Of a stretch of DNA of 64,000 nucleotides, positions 61,891-64,000 are shown one piece after another (the stretch's first letter is position 1; every line of letters begins with the position of its first letter). Source of the stretch: Mobula hypostoma. Lineage: Eukaryota. The notes under the pieces are model-generated. The model worked only from the letters and a program-made list of their open reading frames with translations, was not told where the DNA came from and searched no databases. Both the position numbers and the translations under genes were made by a program. Where the stretch lies: positions 97,838,001-97,902,000 of the forward strand of contig NC_086107.1 in assembly GCF_963921235.1 (NCBI RefSeq). The letters are read 5' to 3'.

Positions 61891-63437
61891 TCCCCGCTCA
61901 CATCAGGCAGAAGATAAAAAAGCATGAAATCACATGCCATCAGGTTCAAGGGCTAGCAGCCTTCTATCCTGTTGTTATAAGGCTACTAAAATAAGATGGT
62001 CTCTTGACTTCACCATTGACCTCGCTATGGCCTTGCACCCTATTGCCAACCTGCACTGCTGTTTCCCTGTAGCTCTTCAGCGTAGTGGTTAGCACAACGG
62101 TTTACAGTACCAGAGACCCGGGCTCAATTCCCAGTGCGGTCTGTAAGGAGTTTGTACATTCTCCCCGTGACCGCGTGGGTTTCCTCCAGTTTCCTCCCAC
62201 AGTCCATTGGTCATTGTAAATTGTCCTGTAATTAGGTTGGGGTTAAACTGGGGGATAGTGGGCAGTGTGGCTCAAAAGACCGGAAGGGACTACTCCATGC
62301 TTTGTCTCAATAAATAAGTACATACATACATACATATATAAATTTATTCTGCACTCACTTATTGTTCTACCATTCTATCTCTGGTGAATCTATGGAATTT
62401 GTTGCCATGGGCTGCAGTGGAGGTCAAGTCATTGGGTGTATTTAAGGCAGAGATTGATAGGTATCTGAGTAGCCAGGGCATCAAAGGTTATGGTGAGAAG
62501 GCGGGGGAGTGGGACTAAATGGGAGAATGGATCAGCTCATGATACAATGGCGGAATGGCTGACTTCTGCTCCTTTGTCTTATGGTCTTATGATCTCAACG
62601 CACCTTTGTAATAGTCTATTGCACAATGGGAGGAGAAGATGTCCAGGATGGGTGGGGTCTTTGATTATGTTGGCAACTTTACCGAGGCAGCAAGAAGTGT
62701 AGTCCATGGAGGGGAGGCTGGTTTTTGTGATGTGCTGAGCCATGTTGAGAGCTCCCTGCGGTTCTTTACGGCCTCAGGCAGAGCAGTTACCACAGCAAGC
62801 CATGATGCATCCGGATAAGATGTTTTCTGTGGTACATCTAGAAGAACTGGTGTGGGTTTACGGGGATATGCCAAGTTAGGATGTCAAATAGGCGTAAGGA
62901 ACATGCAAAAGGTGGCAGGGCACTTGGAATGTGAATCTACAGGGATGTCCATAGTTCCCTGGAGGTGGCATAGATTGGTAGCTGTCAGTATCTGGCCCTG
63001 CCTGGGATAAGGAACACGCAGACAATGGTCTCAGAGCCCAAGAGAACAGTATCTCACCCTTCAACCATTGAAATATTTTTCTCAGCTTGCCTCCTGCCTC
63101 TCTGTCTGAAGTTCTGCAAGGTTCAAGGCCTGCTCCAGGACAAATAGACAAGCCACAAGTTCGGTTTTCTGAGGCATTGAACATGTGGAAGCGAAAGCAA
63201 CATCCCTCCCTCAACAAAGCGGTTAAAAAGTATTGGATGGACAGTCAGTGCCATTCCTCAACCACACGGTTTACACTGTAGGGTGTCTGATGATCCTGCT
63301 AATTCATGTGAAGTGACTAGTTTTCGATCAGGTGCTCTGCAAACCCGGTTGTTCTTGCAATGTTCTTTGTTGCTTTGGTTGTTGAATCTCGAAGCCTGTA
63401 TTTCCATGTAACTGAGGTGGACACTTGTACCTTTCAG

Positions 63438-63492
63438 ATTATCTCTCAGAAGGATGAGCATTGCTGGGTGGGAGAGCTGAACGGTCTACGAG
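63438..63492 (+). CDS. SGSM3: SGSM3 coding exon L (55 nt, phase 0-1): IISQKDEHCWVGELNGLR (SH3)
   Basis: Acceptor ctttcag, donor G|gtgagt; SH3 W.G....G motif. Confidence 0.95.
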
Positions 63493-64000
63493 GTGAGTGC
63501 CTCACATTGCCCTTCAGTCTGTCAGCTTCGTGGATAGTCAACCTGGGTCGATTGAGGGGCGTTCGGGCTTGGGACAGACTCCTGCCCACCTGGTTACAGT
63601 CTGGACAGGTAGAAATTATATTCACAACAGCTTCTGCAGATGCCGGAAATCCGGAGCAACAATAAACACACAAAGTTCAGGAGGAGCTCAACAGGTCGGG
63701 CAGCATCTATGGAAGGGAATGAACAGTCAGCGTTTTTGGCCGAGACTCTCAGAAAGAAGGGGGGAGGGGGAAGAAGCCAGAATAAGAAGGTGGGGCTGGG
63801 CAAGGAATACAAGCCGGAAGGTGAGAGGTGAAGTGCAGTGAGGGGGAAGGTAGATGGGTGGGTCGGGGAGGGAGGGGATGAAGTAAGAAGCTGGGAAGTG
63901 AGAGGCGGGAACGGTAAAGGGCCAAAGAAGGAATCTGTTAGGAGAGGAGAGTGGACCATGGGAGAAAGGGAAGGAGAAGGGGCACCAGGGGGAGGTGGTG

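Larger units (their letters stand above)
998..63492 (+). other. SGSM3: SGSM3 (small G protein signaling modulator 3 / RUTBC3) gene body, internal part: 12 coding exons, 11 complete introns
   Basis: The spliced exons give a continuous open frame of 1492 nt resembling vertebrate SGSM3 from PEFxYDxFGF through the TBC domain to the SH3 segment SQKDEHCWVGELNGLRG. All junctions are GT-AG with compatible phases. Confidence 0.96.

Overview
Vertebrate genomic DNA, not prokaryotic. The repeat content (V-SINE/HE1-type SINEs, CR1, Rex1/Babar, RTE, Penelope-like elements, Tc1 and hAT relics) points to a cartilaginous fish, probably a ray; this is inference. The window lies entirely inside one + strand gene, SGSM3 (RUTBC3; TBC Rab-GAP, SH3 and RUN domains). 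Twelve consecutive internal coding exons (998-63492, 1492 nt in total) have GT-AG ends and consistent phases. They encode the TBC domain with both catalytic fingers and most of the SH3 domain; the start and the RUN-domain exons lie outside the window. The introns are a dense, nested mosaic of transposable elements, and most entries in the ORF track are TE fragments or chance ORFs. Main observations: (1) a Tc1-type non-autonomous element appears to have captured an inverted copy of nearby intronic DNA, so an inverted repeat now brackets a 96-nt in-frame exon with a weak donor; (2) minimal hammerhead ribozyme motifs from two Penelope-like families, with recurrent 13-14 bp target duplications and inverted-arm insertions; (3) a composite Tc1-type MITE family with self-palindromic ends carrying a LINE tail; (4) a three-layer CR1>hAT>Penelope nest. 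Exon, TIR and TSD coordinates were counted by hand; other repeat boundaries are approximate.
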